Positions 8,306-15,955 are shown, counted from the first letter of the stretch. The stretch is 18,031 nucleotides of DNA from an archaeon (GCA_043803745.1 JAZDJS010000027.1:1-18031); one strand, 5' to 3'. Notes: generated by a model not told the origin, from the letters alone. A program made the numbers and translations.

Positions 8306-8992
8306 ATGCCCGGACCTCCGCCACCATTTTTCTTTTTCGCATGGGACACTTTCTACACCTGCGCAGTCCTGCTATTCTGCTTCCTGATATATTTCAGGAC
8401 AAGGGAGCTCTATGAGCTCACAAGGCACAGCGGGATTGGCCATTTCAGGAACGCGTTCCTCTTCTTCGGCCTGTCCTATCTTTCCATTTTCCTTTTCACT
8501 GCCTTTGAATTCTCCTTCGTTTCGGAGAGGTTCTTCTTCCGCTCGCACCTGCTGCCCCTCCTGTTCATACTCCCGATGGGCTACTTTGGCACAATTGCGG
8601 TTTTCTATCTTGTGATTGGCTCCCTTCGGAAGAAAAGCGAAAAGGGCAGAACGCGCGGGGCAACTGTCATCCTAATTCTTGCACACGTCTGCGCAGTTGC
8701 GCTGTCAGTTATTGCGTTCCTTGTGCACACGCCATTCTTCCTTGCATACATCCAGGCTGCGCTCCTGATAAGCGCCCTGGTTTTGCTTCCCCGCCCAGCC
8801 ATAGCGAAGGCTGGAAAGGTCGGGAAAATGCGGGTAGTTTACGAGCTTGTCCTAGTCTTCTGGATAGTCAACATCCTCCTCACAAGCCCCTCATTGAGAA
8901 TTCATTTCTTGATAAGGCCGGTTGTCCAGGCGCTTTCCCTCCTTTTGTTCATCTACATTTACTCACGGCTTCCGGGAATGAATAAAGGCTGA
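8306..8992 (+). CDS. Polytopic (~7 TM) membrane protein, candidate sensor
   Basis: About seven hydrophobic segments with loop YFRTRELYELTRHSGIGHFRNAFLFFG. ATG 8306 is preferred over TTG 8288 because it lies ~25 nt after the TATA. Confidence 0.75.
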   Translation: MPGPPPPFFFFAWDTFYTCAVLLFCFLIYFRTRELYELTRHSGIGHFRNAFLFFGLSYLSIFLFTAFEFSFVSERFFFRSHLLPLLFILPMGYFGTIAVFYLVIGSLRKKSEKGRTRGATVILILAHVCAVALSVIAFLVHTPFFLAYIQAALLISALVLLPRPAIAKAGKVGKMRVVYELVLVFWIVNILLTSPSLRIHFLIRPVVQALSLLLFIYIYSRLPGMNKG

Positions 8993-8999
8993 TTTCCAG

Positions 9000-9293
9000 A
9001 TGATAGCAGACGAGACAAGGACAAGAAAGAGGGACCGTTTGGAAATAATATTCGGAATCCTTTCGCTTGTCAGGGAGAACGGGAATTCTATAAAGCCTAC
9101 TCCGCTCCTCCGAAAATCCAACGTTTCGCCGAAAAGCTTTTCAGAATATTATTCCGAGCTTGTTTCGAAGGGATTCGTGAAGGAGGTTGCCGATGCAAAG
9201 GGCCGGCGCTTCGTGACCCTGACCGACAGGGGCTTCCGCTACCTTGAGAAGTACCGGTCAATCCTCCAGTTCATTGACGAGTTCGAGCTCTGA
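9000..9293 (+). CDS. Archaeal winged-helix transcriptional regulator (COG3432/HTH_45-like)
   Basis: KRDRLEIIFGIL...PTPLLRKSNVS...YYSELVSKGFV...LTDRGFRYLEKY. Starts 7 nt after the membrane-protein stop. Confidence 0.85.
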   Translation: MIADETRTRKRDRLEIIFGILSLVRENGNSIKPTPLLRKSNVSPKSFSEYYSELVSKGFVKEVADAKGRRFVTLTDRGFRYLEKYRSILQFIDEFEL

Positions 9294-9301
9294 AAAGAGA
9301 A

Positions 9302-10318
9302 TCAGTATTTCCGGTAGAAGCCCTCGAAATCTCCGGGCGCAACGGAAATCCGCTTCGTGACCGGGGTTGCGTTCGCTAGGACTGTGTTGTTAAGCTCGCG
9401 CATCCGGGCGGTCGATTCGTTCCGAAGGAAACCCTCGAAATCCGAGGAAACGAAAGCCTCCTGCCATATCGCGCGCCCTGCAACATAGCCGCTTGCGCCA
9501 GCCTTGCAGGCAAGGAAAAGCTCCTGGCGAAACTGCTGGAAGGGCGTTCCCTGCGAAAGGAGAACCCAAGGCACTTTGCTTGCGGCGTCGAGCGCTCGGG
9601 CGTTGGAAAGGGCCTTCTCCTTGTCAGGCTCATATTTCAGGTCATCCGGGAAATCCGTCTTAAGTATGTCAATTCCCAGTCGGGAAAGCCGTTCGGCGCT
9701 CCGTATAATCAGCTCTGGCCGGATTTTCGCGAATTCCGGAGAGTCTTTCGGAAGTTCGAGGCTGTATGCAAGAGGCTCGACAAGGAAAAGTATGTCTTCC
9801 TTCCTGCATTCCCTTGCGGTTTTTTTGATGAGGCTTTCCGCCCGCCTTGCCGATGCCCGATAGTCCGGGTTGTAGAAAATGAAAAGCTTCACCCCGTCAG
9901 CTCCGCACCGCTTGATTTTCTTGACGCTCCAGTCGGGTATCAGCCGGGTTGTCCTTCCCGTTTTTGACTCGAGATAGCCGGTCCGTTCAAGGGAAGCCAT
10001 TATCCCCCGGTCGGAGGGGAGCCCTTGGTAGATTGACTGGAAGAGGATTGTCTCAGGGTCGAGGATGAACGCGTTTGCCTCTGGCCGGAGGATTGAGATT
10101 ATCTTCTGCTTTGCCGAAACGATTTTCTCCTGGGGAACTTCGCCTGGAACAGCGGGATTGATCAGCTTCTTGATTGAATCCCGATGGTCAATTGCAAGAA
10201 CCCTGAAGAAGCCGCCGCGCGCAATCCGGGAGAGTCCGGCGAATTTTCCGGGGGTCATCAGCGGCCCGCCTGTTTTTCCCTTTTGTTCCTTTCTGGCAAT
10301 TCTTCGTTTCATAATCAA
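9302..10318 (-). CDS. Tagatose-1,6-bisphosphate aldolase-like class I aldolase (LacD/YihT family)
   Basis: TPGK, LAIDHRDS, LDPE, SLERTGY, WSVKKIKRCGADGVKL, DILKTDFP, PWVLLS, GYVAGRAIW. TTGA overlap with pfkB; alternative ATG at 10312. Confidence 0.88.
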   Translation of the reverse strand: MIMKRRIARKEQKGKTGGPLMTPGKFAGLSRIARGGFFRVLAIDHRDSIKKLINPAVPGEVPQEKIVSAKQKIISILRPEANAFILDPETILFQSIYQGLPSDRGIMASLERTGYLESKTGRTTRLIPDWSVKKIKRCGADGVKLFIFYNPDYRASARRAESLIKKTARECRKEDILFLVEPLAYSLELPKDSPEFAKIRPELIIRSAERLSRLGIDILKTDFPDDLKYEPDKEKALSNARALDAASKVPWVLLSQGTPFQQFRQELFLACKAGASGYVAGRAIWQEAFVSSDFEGFLRNESTARMRELNNTVLANATPVTKRISVAPGDFEGFYRKY

Positions 10319-11280
10319 AAGCCCCCCAACTTGGCCTTTTTCCGGCAGACAATCCTGACTTTTCCCCTGTGCTTGCGGTAAAAGTCATCAACTTCATCCC
10401 TGTGCGGGAGCCCGTCAGCGCCTTCCCGCGTTGCCTTGAGCGCTCCGCAGGCGTTCGCATAGGAAACCGCCTGCCAGATTGGCTCGCCCTCAAGGAGCTT
10501 TGCAATGAATCCCGCTGAAAACGCATCCCCGGAGCCGAGGGTGTCCCTGACAGCGACAGGATATGTCCCGATTTCCAGGAATGCGCAATCCTTCGGGTCG
10601 TAGAGTATTGTCGGCTTCTTCCCGCCCTTGATCACGATTGTCTTGTCTGGAAGGAGCTTTTTCAGCCGGTCGGGACCCCCGAGCTCGGCAGCCTCCTTGC
10701 GGTTTATTATCAGGATGTCCGAGTTCCTCAAGGTTTTCTCAAGGGCCTTGTATCCAAGCCGGGAAATCGACCTTCCCGGGTCGAAAGCAACTGTCTTTCC
10801 CAGCGATTTCGCATATTCGGAAACCTCCTCAAGCCGCCTGACTGGTGCGCCGGTAAGGTGGACTATTTTAGCGGAATTGATCAGCGAAAAGGAAATTTCG
10901 CGAGGCTCGATTCTTTCGTTGGCGCCGAGCATTTCAACAACTGCCGGCTGGCCTTTCTTGTCAATGACAACTATAGAAAGCCCCGTCGGATGCTTTTGGT
11001 CTATCTTCACCCCGGACGTCTCGACTCCGAGCTTCCTCAGGCTTCTCAGGGCGAATTCCCCGTTCTCGTCAAAACCGACCTTCCCGAGGATTGCTGTCTT
11101 TTTCCCGAGCTTGGCAAGGTTGCAAACAACGTTCGTCGCGCTCCCCCCGACGGAGCCCTTCATTTTCCCGCGGACGAAACTCGTCTTGTCCGGCTTGGGA
11201 AAGTTCTCGACATAGCATCTCAGGTCGTAAAGTATGTGACCGAATCCGACAACTTCCGGCTTTGCCAATCTTCCGAACAT
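10315..11280 (-). CDS. PfkB/ribokinase-family carbohydrate kinase
   Basis: GGSATNV..NLAKLG, GKVGFDENG, FDPG, INRKEA, DTLGSGDAFSAGF, ANACGA. Confidence 0.95.
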   Translation of the reverse strand: MFGRLAKPEVVGFGHILYDLRCYVENFPKPDKTSFVRGKMKGSVGGSATNVVCNLAKLGKKTAILGKVGFDENGEFALRSLRKLGVETSGVKIDQKHPTGLSIVVIDKKGQPAVVEMLGANERIEPREISFSLINSAKIVHLTGAPVRRLEEVSEYAKSLGKTVAFDPGRSISRLGYKALEKTLRNSDILIINRKEAAELGGPDRLKKLLPDKTIVIKGGKKPTILYDPKDCAFLEIGTYPVAVRDTLGSGDAFSAGFIAKLLEGEPIWQAVSYANACGALKATREGADGLPHRDEVDDFYRKHRGKVRIVCRKKAKLGGF

Positions 11281-11298
11281 TTTGGCTAAAAACAGTTC

Positions 11299-11312
11299 TT
11301 TTTTATATTAAT
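11299..11312. promoter_or_regulatory. Shared bidirectional TATA element between pfkB and dcd
   Basis: A single AT block, TTTTTTATATTAAT, sits midway in the 52-bp gap, ~20-30 nt from both start codons. Confidence 0.5.
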
Positions 11313-11332
11313 CCCTTCCCAATTTCGGAGCA

Positions 11333-11884
11333 ATGGCGTTCTTTTCAGACAGGGACATCCTGAGGGCAATCAAGGGGAAAACGATTAGGATTGAGCCGTT
11401 CAACCCGAAGCATGTCGGGCCGGGCTCTGTTGACTGCACCCTTGGGAACGTTTTCCGGGTTTTCCGGAACGTCCGGGATTCGGAAATCGACGTAAGGAAC
11501 CCAAAGGCGCTCGAAAAGCTCAGCGAACTGATCAATGTCGGGGGCGGGGAGTTCTTCCTCCTCCTTCCGCACGAGCTTGTCCTTGCGACGACAAGGGAGA
11601 AGGTCGGGATTTCCGACAAAATGGTCGGCTTCATTGAGGGCAGGTCAAGCTATGCGCGGATTGGGGTCGCGGTCCACGTTACCGCAAGCTTCATTCAGCC
11701 GGGAAGCTATGGCATCCAGACCCTTGAGATATACAACCTTACGAATTTCCCAATCAAGCTCTATCCGGGGGAGCGGGTCTGCCAGATTATCTTCGCTGAA
11801 ACCAAATCGAAGGCGAAAGTCCCTTATGGCAAGGTGAAGGGCGCGAAATACTATGACCAGAAAGGCCCTGAGACTGCTAAATAG
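11333..11884 (+). CDS. dcd: dCTP deaminase
   Basis: FSDRDI, IEPF, GPGSVDCTLG, EGRSSYARIG, FIQPGSYG, TLEIYN, LYPGERVCQIIF, KYYDQKGP. Confidence 0.93.
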   Translation: MAFFSDRDILRAIKGKTIRIEPFNPKHVGPGSVDCTLGNVFRVFRNVRDSEIDVRNPKALEKLSELINVGGGEFFLLLPHELVLATTREKVGISDKMVGFIEGRSSYARIGVAVHVTASFIQPGSYGIQTLEIYNLTNFPIKLYPGERVCQIIFAETKSKAKVPYGKVKGAKYYDQKGPETAK

Positions 11885-11927
11885 GAAAATTCTGCTCGCT
11901 CTCTGAACAATTTGAATAAGGTCAGGC

Positions 11928-11945
11928 CTCCGAGATTTCTCGGAG
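11928..11945. terminator. Stem-loop downstream of dcd (possible terminator or stabiliser)
   Basis: CTCCGAG-ATTT-CTCGGAG, a perfect 7-bp stem, with no U-tract. Confidence 0.35.
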
Positions 11946-12075
11946 AGGTTCACTGCTTCGCGTGCAGGGATTGAAAATGTCCGTTCTTGGCTGAAATGGC
12001 CTAAAATTGGTTGAATTGGGCAAAATGGTTAAAAATGGGGCTTATTCAGCCAGAAAAGGAGCTGAAAAAAGGAAA

Positions 12076-12279
12076 ATGGATATTGCAATAGCGCCAATGA
12101 GAAGGATAATCAAAACCGCCGGGGCAGACCGCGTTTCGGACGATGCCGCACTTGCCTTGGGCGAGGTTCTTGGGGAAATCGGGAAAAACGTCGCAATCCG
12201 CGCGCTTGAATATGCGAGGCACGCCGGAAGGAAGACGGTCACCCGCGAGGACATCAAGCTCGCTGCGAAGAACTCCTAA
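12076..12279 (+). CDS. Archaeal histone (HMfA/HMfB family), 67 aa
   Basis: IAPMRRIIKTAGADRVSDDA...ARHAGRKTVTREDIKLA. ATG 12076 gives the canonical length; an in-frame upstream ATG exists at 12025. Confidence 0.95.
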   Translation: MDIAIAPMRRIIKTAGADRVSDDAALALGEVLGEIGKNVAIRALEYARHAGRKTVTREDIKLAAKNS

Positions 12280-12494
12280 GCTTTCTTTCGCTTCCCTGAT
12301 TTTTTCTTTTCACCGGGGGTTTCTCTCTTTTCAATTGCCATTCCGACTGCAACGGAAACGAGCCCGATAGTCCCTATTGCGGGGCTTTGATTCCCGGTCC
12401 GGAATAGATAGTTTCCGGCTGAATAGAGAATCATTGCGAAACCGACCAGGGCCATCGTGAACCCCTTTGTTATTTTCCTTCCGAACAGTTCCAT
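12276..12494 (-). CDS. Small two-TM membrane protein
   Basis: 72 aa with two hydrophobic helices and a Lys-rich tail; fills the gap between histone and sulfatase. Confidence 0.6.
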   Translation of the reverse strand: MELFGRKITKGFTMALVGFAMILYSAGNYLFRTGNQSPAIGTIGLVSVAVGMAIEKRETPGEKKKSGKRKKA

Positions 12495-12598
12495 TGGCTG
12501 AGGGAAACGCCGCGCCCCGAATTAATACTTTTCCCACTTCGCGAACCAGAAGTTGATGCAGAAAGTGTAAAAAGGCGGGCGTTCCCCAGGAAACTGAA

Positions 12599-14080
12599 AT
12601 GCGGCTGAAAGGGTTCGCGCTGTTCTCTTTTTTGGCGGTCCTCCTTCTCGCTGTTGCCGCAGCAGCCCTGCTCTTCCTGCTTCCGCAAACAGCCACTCCG
12701 CAACCCTACCCGACCTGTCCCGGATGCAACGTCATAATAATCGAGTTCGATTGCTTCAACAGGGACCACGCGGGCTATCTCGGCTATTTCAGGAACACCA
12801 CTCCGAACCTTGACGCGCTTGCGAAAAGAAGCGCGGTCTTTCCGGAGGCGTTCTCCTCCACCCAGTTCACCGAGCCCTCCGACTATTCCCTCTTTACGGG
12901 GCTTCATCTTTCGGAGCACGGGAGGGTTGGCGAGAATTTCATACGCACGGCGGGAATTAACAATTCTCCGTCGAATCGTCCGCTTGAATTCCTTCCCGAA
13001 AAACTGAATGCGGCTGGCTACGAAACCGCCGCTTTTGTTGGGGCAACGCTCACCTATGAGGAACTCCGGGAAGTGGGGTTTTCCTCCGCCTATTATGGGG
13101 GCTGCAACAAGTGCTTTGGCAAAACTGTTGGCAAGGCAACTGACTGGCTCAGGGAACGGAACCGGGAAAAGCCGTTCTTTCTCTTCCTGCAGAGCTATTC
13201 CCTTCACGACCCTTACCACGGTCCCGGAGAAGATCATTTCGACCCGGAATATGACGGGATTGTGAACAACCTGTCGCTATCCTGGTCCTACACGCAGTTC
13301 ATTCCCTTCGAGAGCGGGGGCTTCAGGGCCGTTGAGAACTTTCCGTACACGGACACGAAGGAGTTCCTCGTGACTTCCCGGGATTTGGAGAATGTTGTCG
13401 CGAAATATGACGGAATACTTCAGAGAACCGACGAGGAGCTGGGGATTTTCCTCAAGAACATCGAAGAACTCGGCCTTGCCGAAAAAACCGTGATTATCTT
13501 CCTTTCGGAGCACGGAGAGGTCCTTGATACCGAAACGGGCGTGTTTGGCCACGGATATGTGGGCCGCGAGACCTTCAAAGTTCCCCTTCTGATTTTCGTT
13601 CCGAAAAGCCCGAGCCGGAACCTCACGGGAGCCGTCTCGACAAAGGATGTCTTTTATGCAGTCCAGGAAATCCTCGGGACCCAAGAGTATCCAGAGGAAA
13701 ACGACCTTTTCCTTGAAGAAAACAGGGGGTATGCGGCCGCGGACATAATCGTGCTTTCAAACGAAACGCTGCGGAGAGACCCGACAGCCCTCCTGCTCGT
13801 GAAAATCTTTTCCGGGGAAAGCAGCCTCGATTTCGCGTATTCGGCAAGGGAGGGCTGGGCGGGAATCATTGACGACAGCCAGGTAAATGACGGACGCGAA
13901 ATCAGGGGAATGCTCGAGTTCTTCAAGAAGGAACATCCCGGGACGCGCATCAAGGGGGCGTCTCCAACGGATGAGGCTGAGCCTGGCTGGATAGGCGAGG
14001 TTGCCGAGAGAATCTCCCCGAACGATTCAACTGAAGTCAGCTGGGCTCTGCACCGGATGCTCGTTTTCCTTTCCGGATAA
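12599..14080 (+). CDS. Membrane-anchored sulfatase-like (AlkP superfamily) hydrolase/transferase with Thr at the nucleophile position
   Basis: N-terminal TM helix, NVIIIEFDCFNRDH, TPNLDALA, FTEPSDYSLFTG, KPFFLFL, LHDPY, YDG, SEHGE, FGHG, VPLLI. Confidence 0.88.
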   Translation: MRLKGFALFSFLAVLLLAVAAAALLFLLPQTATPQPYPTCPGCNVIIIEFDCFNRDHAGYLGYFRNTTPNLDALAKRSAVFPEAFSSTQFTEPSDYSLFTGLHLSEHGRVGENFIRTAGINNSPSNRPLEFLPEKLNAAGYETAAFVGATLTYEELREVGFSSAYYGGCNKCFGKTVGKATDWLRERNREKPFFLFLQSYSLHDPYHGPGEDHFDPEYDGIVNNLSLSWSYTQFIPFESGGFRAVENFPYTDTKEFLVTSRDLENVVAKYDGILQRTDEELGIFLKNIEELGLAEKTVIIFLSEHGEVLDTETGVFGHGYVGRETFKVPLLIFVPKSPSRNLTGAVSTKDVFYAVQEILGTQEYPEENDLFLEENRGYAAADIIVLSNETLRRDPTALLLVKIFSGESSLDFAYSAREGWAGIIDDSQVNDGREIRGMLEFFKKEHPGTRIKGASPTDEAEPGWIGEVAERISPNDSTEVSWALHRMLVFLSG

Positions 14081-14231
14081 GGGCGGAAACTCCCGGTTCA
14101 GTGAAAGCGCTTGTTGTTTGGCAAGTAGTTTTCCCAAAAGCAGAGTCATCCACGTCCCGAACGAGGCAAGATTCCGCCCTTTTCCCCGGAGGCAGTACCT
14201 TTTTATTCGCCCGGGGCAACTCGGACCGGAA

Positions 14232-15158
14232 ATGATAGAATCGTTCTCCTTCGACAAAAGGACCGGGCTTGTCGTCCCGGCGAAAAGCCTTGCCAAGGCG
14301 GACTGGATACGCCTGGGGCTCCCAACTGTCGCGGAAATGGAGTTTGTTGAGGAGGAGTTCGGCATTCCCCTCAGCTTTGCAAAGGCGGCTCTTGACGAGG
14401 ACGAGCATCCGAGGATTGAAACCGAGAACGGGCTAACCCTGATTCTTGTGAAAGTTCCGAGGCCTGCGCCTGTCGAAATGGAATCCTCGACAATACCCCT
14501 CGCGTTCATACTTTCCAAGGACAAGGTTTTCACAGTCTCCCTTAGAAAGACAGGAATCTTCGACACTGTGCTCAAAAAAAGACCCTATCTCCTTGCAAAG
14601 AAAAAGGGGCTCGTGATAAAGGCGCTTTCGGTAATAGGAAAGGAGTTCAACAAGCGCCTCGACAGGATTGACAAGGAGGTCGACCGCCTTGAAAACGACG
14701 TGCGCTTTGCCCTGAAGAACAAGGAAGTGATCCGTCTCCTGAAAATCCAAAAGGAGCTGGTATATTTCAACAAGGCGCTAATCGCGAACAAGAAGATACT
14801 TGAGCGGATTGACGGGGGGCACGTTTTTTCGGTTGACAAGGCGGAAGACGAGATTCTGGAGGACGCGATAAGCGAAATCAACCAGGCCCTTGACGAGACC
14901 GCAATCTACAGCTCGATTCTCAGCAACACCATGGACGCCTATGTCTCGATAATCTCGAACAACTTGAACGAGGTTATGAAGCTCCTGACAATCGTGACGA
15001 TACTTATCTCGATACCCGCAACCTTCTTCAACTTCTTCGGGATGAACCTGCTTATTCCCCTGGCCAATTCCCCTGGCGGGGCGATGATGGTCCTCGCAAT
15101 TTCCTGCGCTCTTGCCCTTGCCTCCCTGGTCTACTTTAGGAAGCGGGGCTGGGTTTAA
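14232..15158 (+). CDS. corA: CorA-family Mg2+/Co2+ transporter, 308 aa
   Basis: ALDEDEHPRIE, SIISNNLNEVMKLLT, FFGMN signature, two C-terminal TMs. Start ATG 14232, with TATA-like TTTTTATT at 14200-14207. Confidence 0.95.
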   Translation: MIESFSFDKRTGLVVPAKSLAKADWIRLGLPTVAEMEFVEEEFGIPLSFAKAALDEDEHPRIETENGLTLILVKVPRPAPVEMESSTIPLAFILSKDKVFTVSLRKTGIFDTVLKKRPYLLAKKKGLVIKALSVIGKEFNKRLDRIDKEVDRLENDVRFALKNKEVIRLLKIQKELVYFNKALIANKKILERIDGGHVFSVDKAEDEILEDAISEINQALDETAIYSSILSNTMDAYVSIISNNLNEVMKLLTIVTILISIPATFFNFFGMNLLIPLANSPGGAMMVLAISCALALASLVYFRKRGWV

Positions 15159-15170
15159 AGGGGCGAGCAA

Positions 15171-15326
15171 GCCGACAAGACTGCGGAGATGAGCGGCGAG
15201 CTCTGGAACTGGGCCGATATTGTCTTCGTGTTTCCCCTCGCCTTGCTTGGGACGTCGTTGACGCTCCGGAGGAGATTCCTGTGCGGGAGTTAGCGGGCAT
15301 ATGTCCGCAAGAAGGGGCGTGAGGGG
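15171..15326 (+). pseudogene. Degraded relic of a CX5R phosphatase gene paralogous to 17006-17392
   Basis: Three collinear blocks match the intact gene (hand counts): 15172-15233 vs 17118-17179 (52/62), 15269-15307 vs 17180-17218 (30/39), 15306-15326 vs 17336-17356 (15/21). The 5' part with the CX5R motif is missing. Confidence 0.85.
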
Positions 15327-15367
15327 CCGGGCTTAACCTTAAGTCAGGGCGAGAGAATTAATCGATT

Positions 15368-15853
15368 TTATTCGAATATTGCGAAATTATCCTCATAACC
15401 GTTAGTATCGCCAATTGCCTTTACTCTGAACACCCGCATTTCACTATCTTTAACCGGCTTCTTGTGGTACGCAGTTAGCCAATGTTGGTGTTCCCATTTG
15501 CAATAGTTCGCCACCCTTCTGGCGGGAACGAAGAAAAGTCTATATGTCTTTGGCGATACTTTGAGGTCAGTATAAACGAAGCAGAAAATCAAACCGGTGT
15601 CGGGCGTTTCGTGTTTGACATTCAGCAGCCAGTGTAGATTTGCCCCATCAAACAAGGACTCGTTCTTTAGCGTTTTAGTGGTTTTGACTTCAACTTTGAA
15701 TTGCTTGCTATTTCTTGGATTATAGACTAGAATATCCACTCCTTTGGCGCGCCCCAGTGTAAGGGCCGCTTCATACCCTTCTAAGAACAATCGTGACATG
15801 GCATAGAATTCGCCAGCCATACTGACTGCATTATTGTCTAGTTTCGTGACCAT
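15368..15853 (-). CDS. PD-(D/E)XK nuclease-family protein, 161 aa
   Basis: MAGEFYAMSRL (helix E), GVDILV (D), KVEVKT (ExK). ATG 15853 preferred; 15886 possible. Confidence 0.8.
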   Translation of the reverse strand: MVTKLDNNAVSMAGEFYAMSRLFLEGYEAALTLGRAKGVDILVYNPRNSKQFKVEVKTTKTLKNESLFDGANLHWLLNVKHETPDTGLIFCFVYTDLKVSPKTYRLFFVPARRVANYCKWEHQHWLTAYHKKPVKDSEMRVFRVKAIGDTNGYEDNFAIFE

Positions 15854-15939
15854 AGATTTGACGACAATCGCGACAAATAAATACATTTGTGGCTAACCCC
15901 GCCCCTGGTCGCTAAAACCGGAGGGATAGATGCGCCAAT

Positions 15940-15955
15940 GAGCCCGTTAGGGCTC
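15940..15955 (-). terminator. Hairpin immediately after phosphatase 1 stop
   Basis: GAGCCC-GTTA-GGGCTC abuts the TGA at 15958-15956. A second imperfect hairpin lies at 15902-15925. No U-tract. Confidence 0.35.

Noticed and set aside
9302-14080. Kinase + aldolase + sulfatase as one sulfosugar pathway
   Set aside because: The sulfatase-like gene is separated by dcd and the histone, lies on the other strand and lacks the FGly motif; sulfonates are not sulfatase substrates.
14100-14181. Fluoride or M-box riboswitch match
   Set aside because: Only a GATGACTC fragment on the wrong strand; consensus cores not recognisable. Kept only as an unassigned structured candidate.
14001-14231. N-terminal extension of CorA (likewise tpiA 1798-1893 and NTPase 16717-16845)
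   Set aside because: Longest-ORF artefacts: they overlap neighbouring genes or promoters, and downstream ATGs fit family length or TATA spacing.
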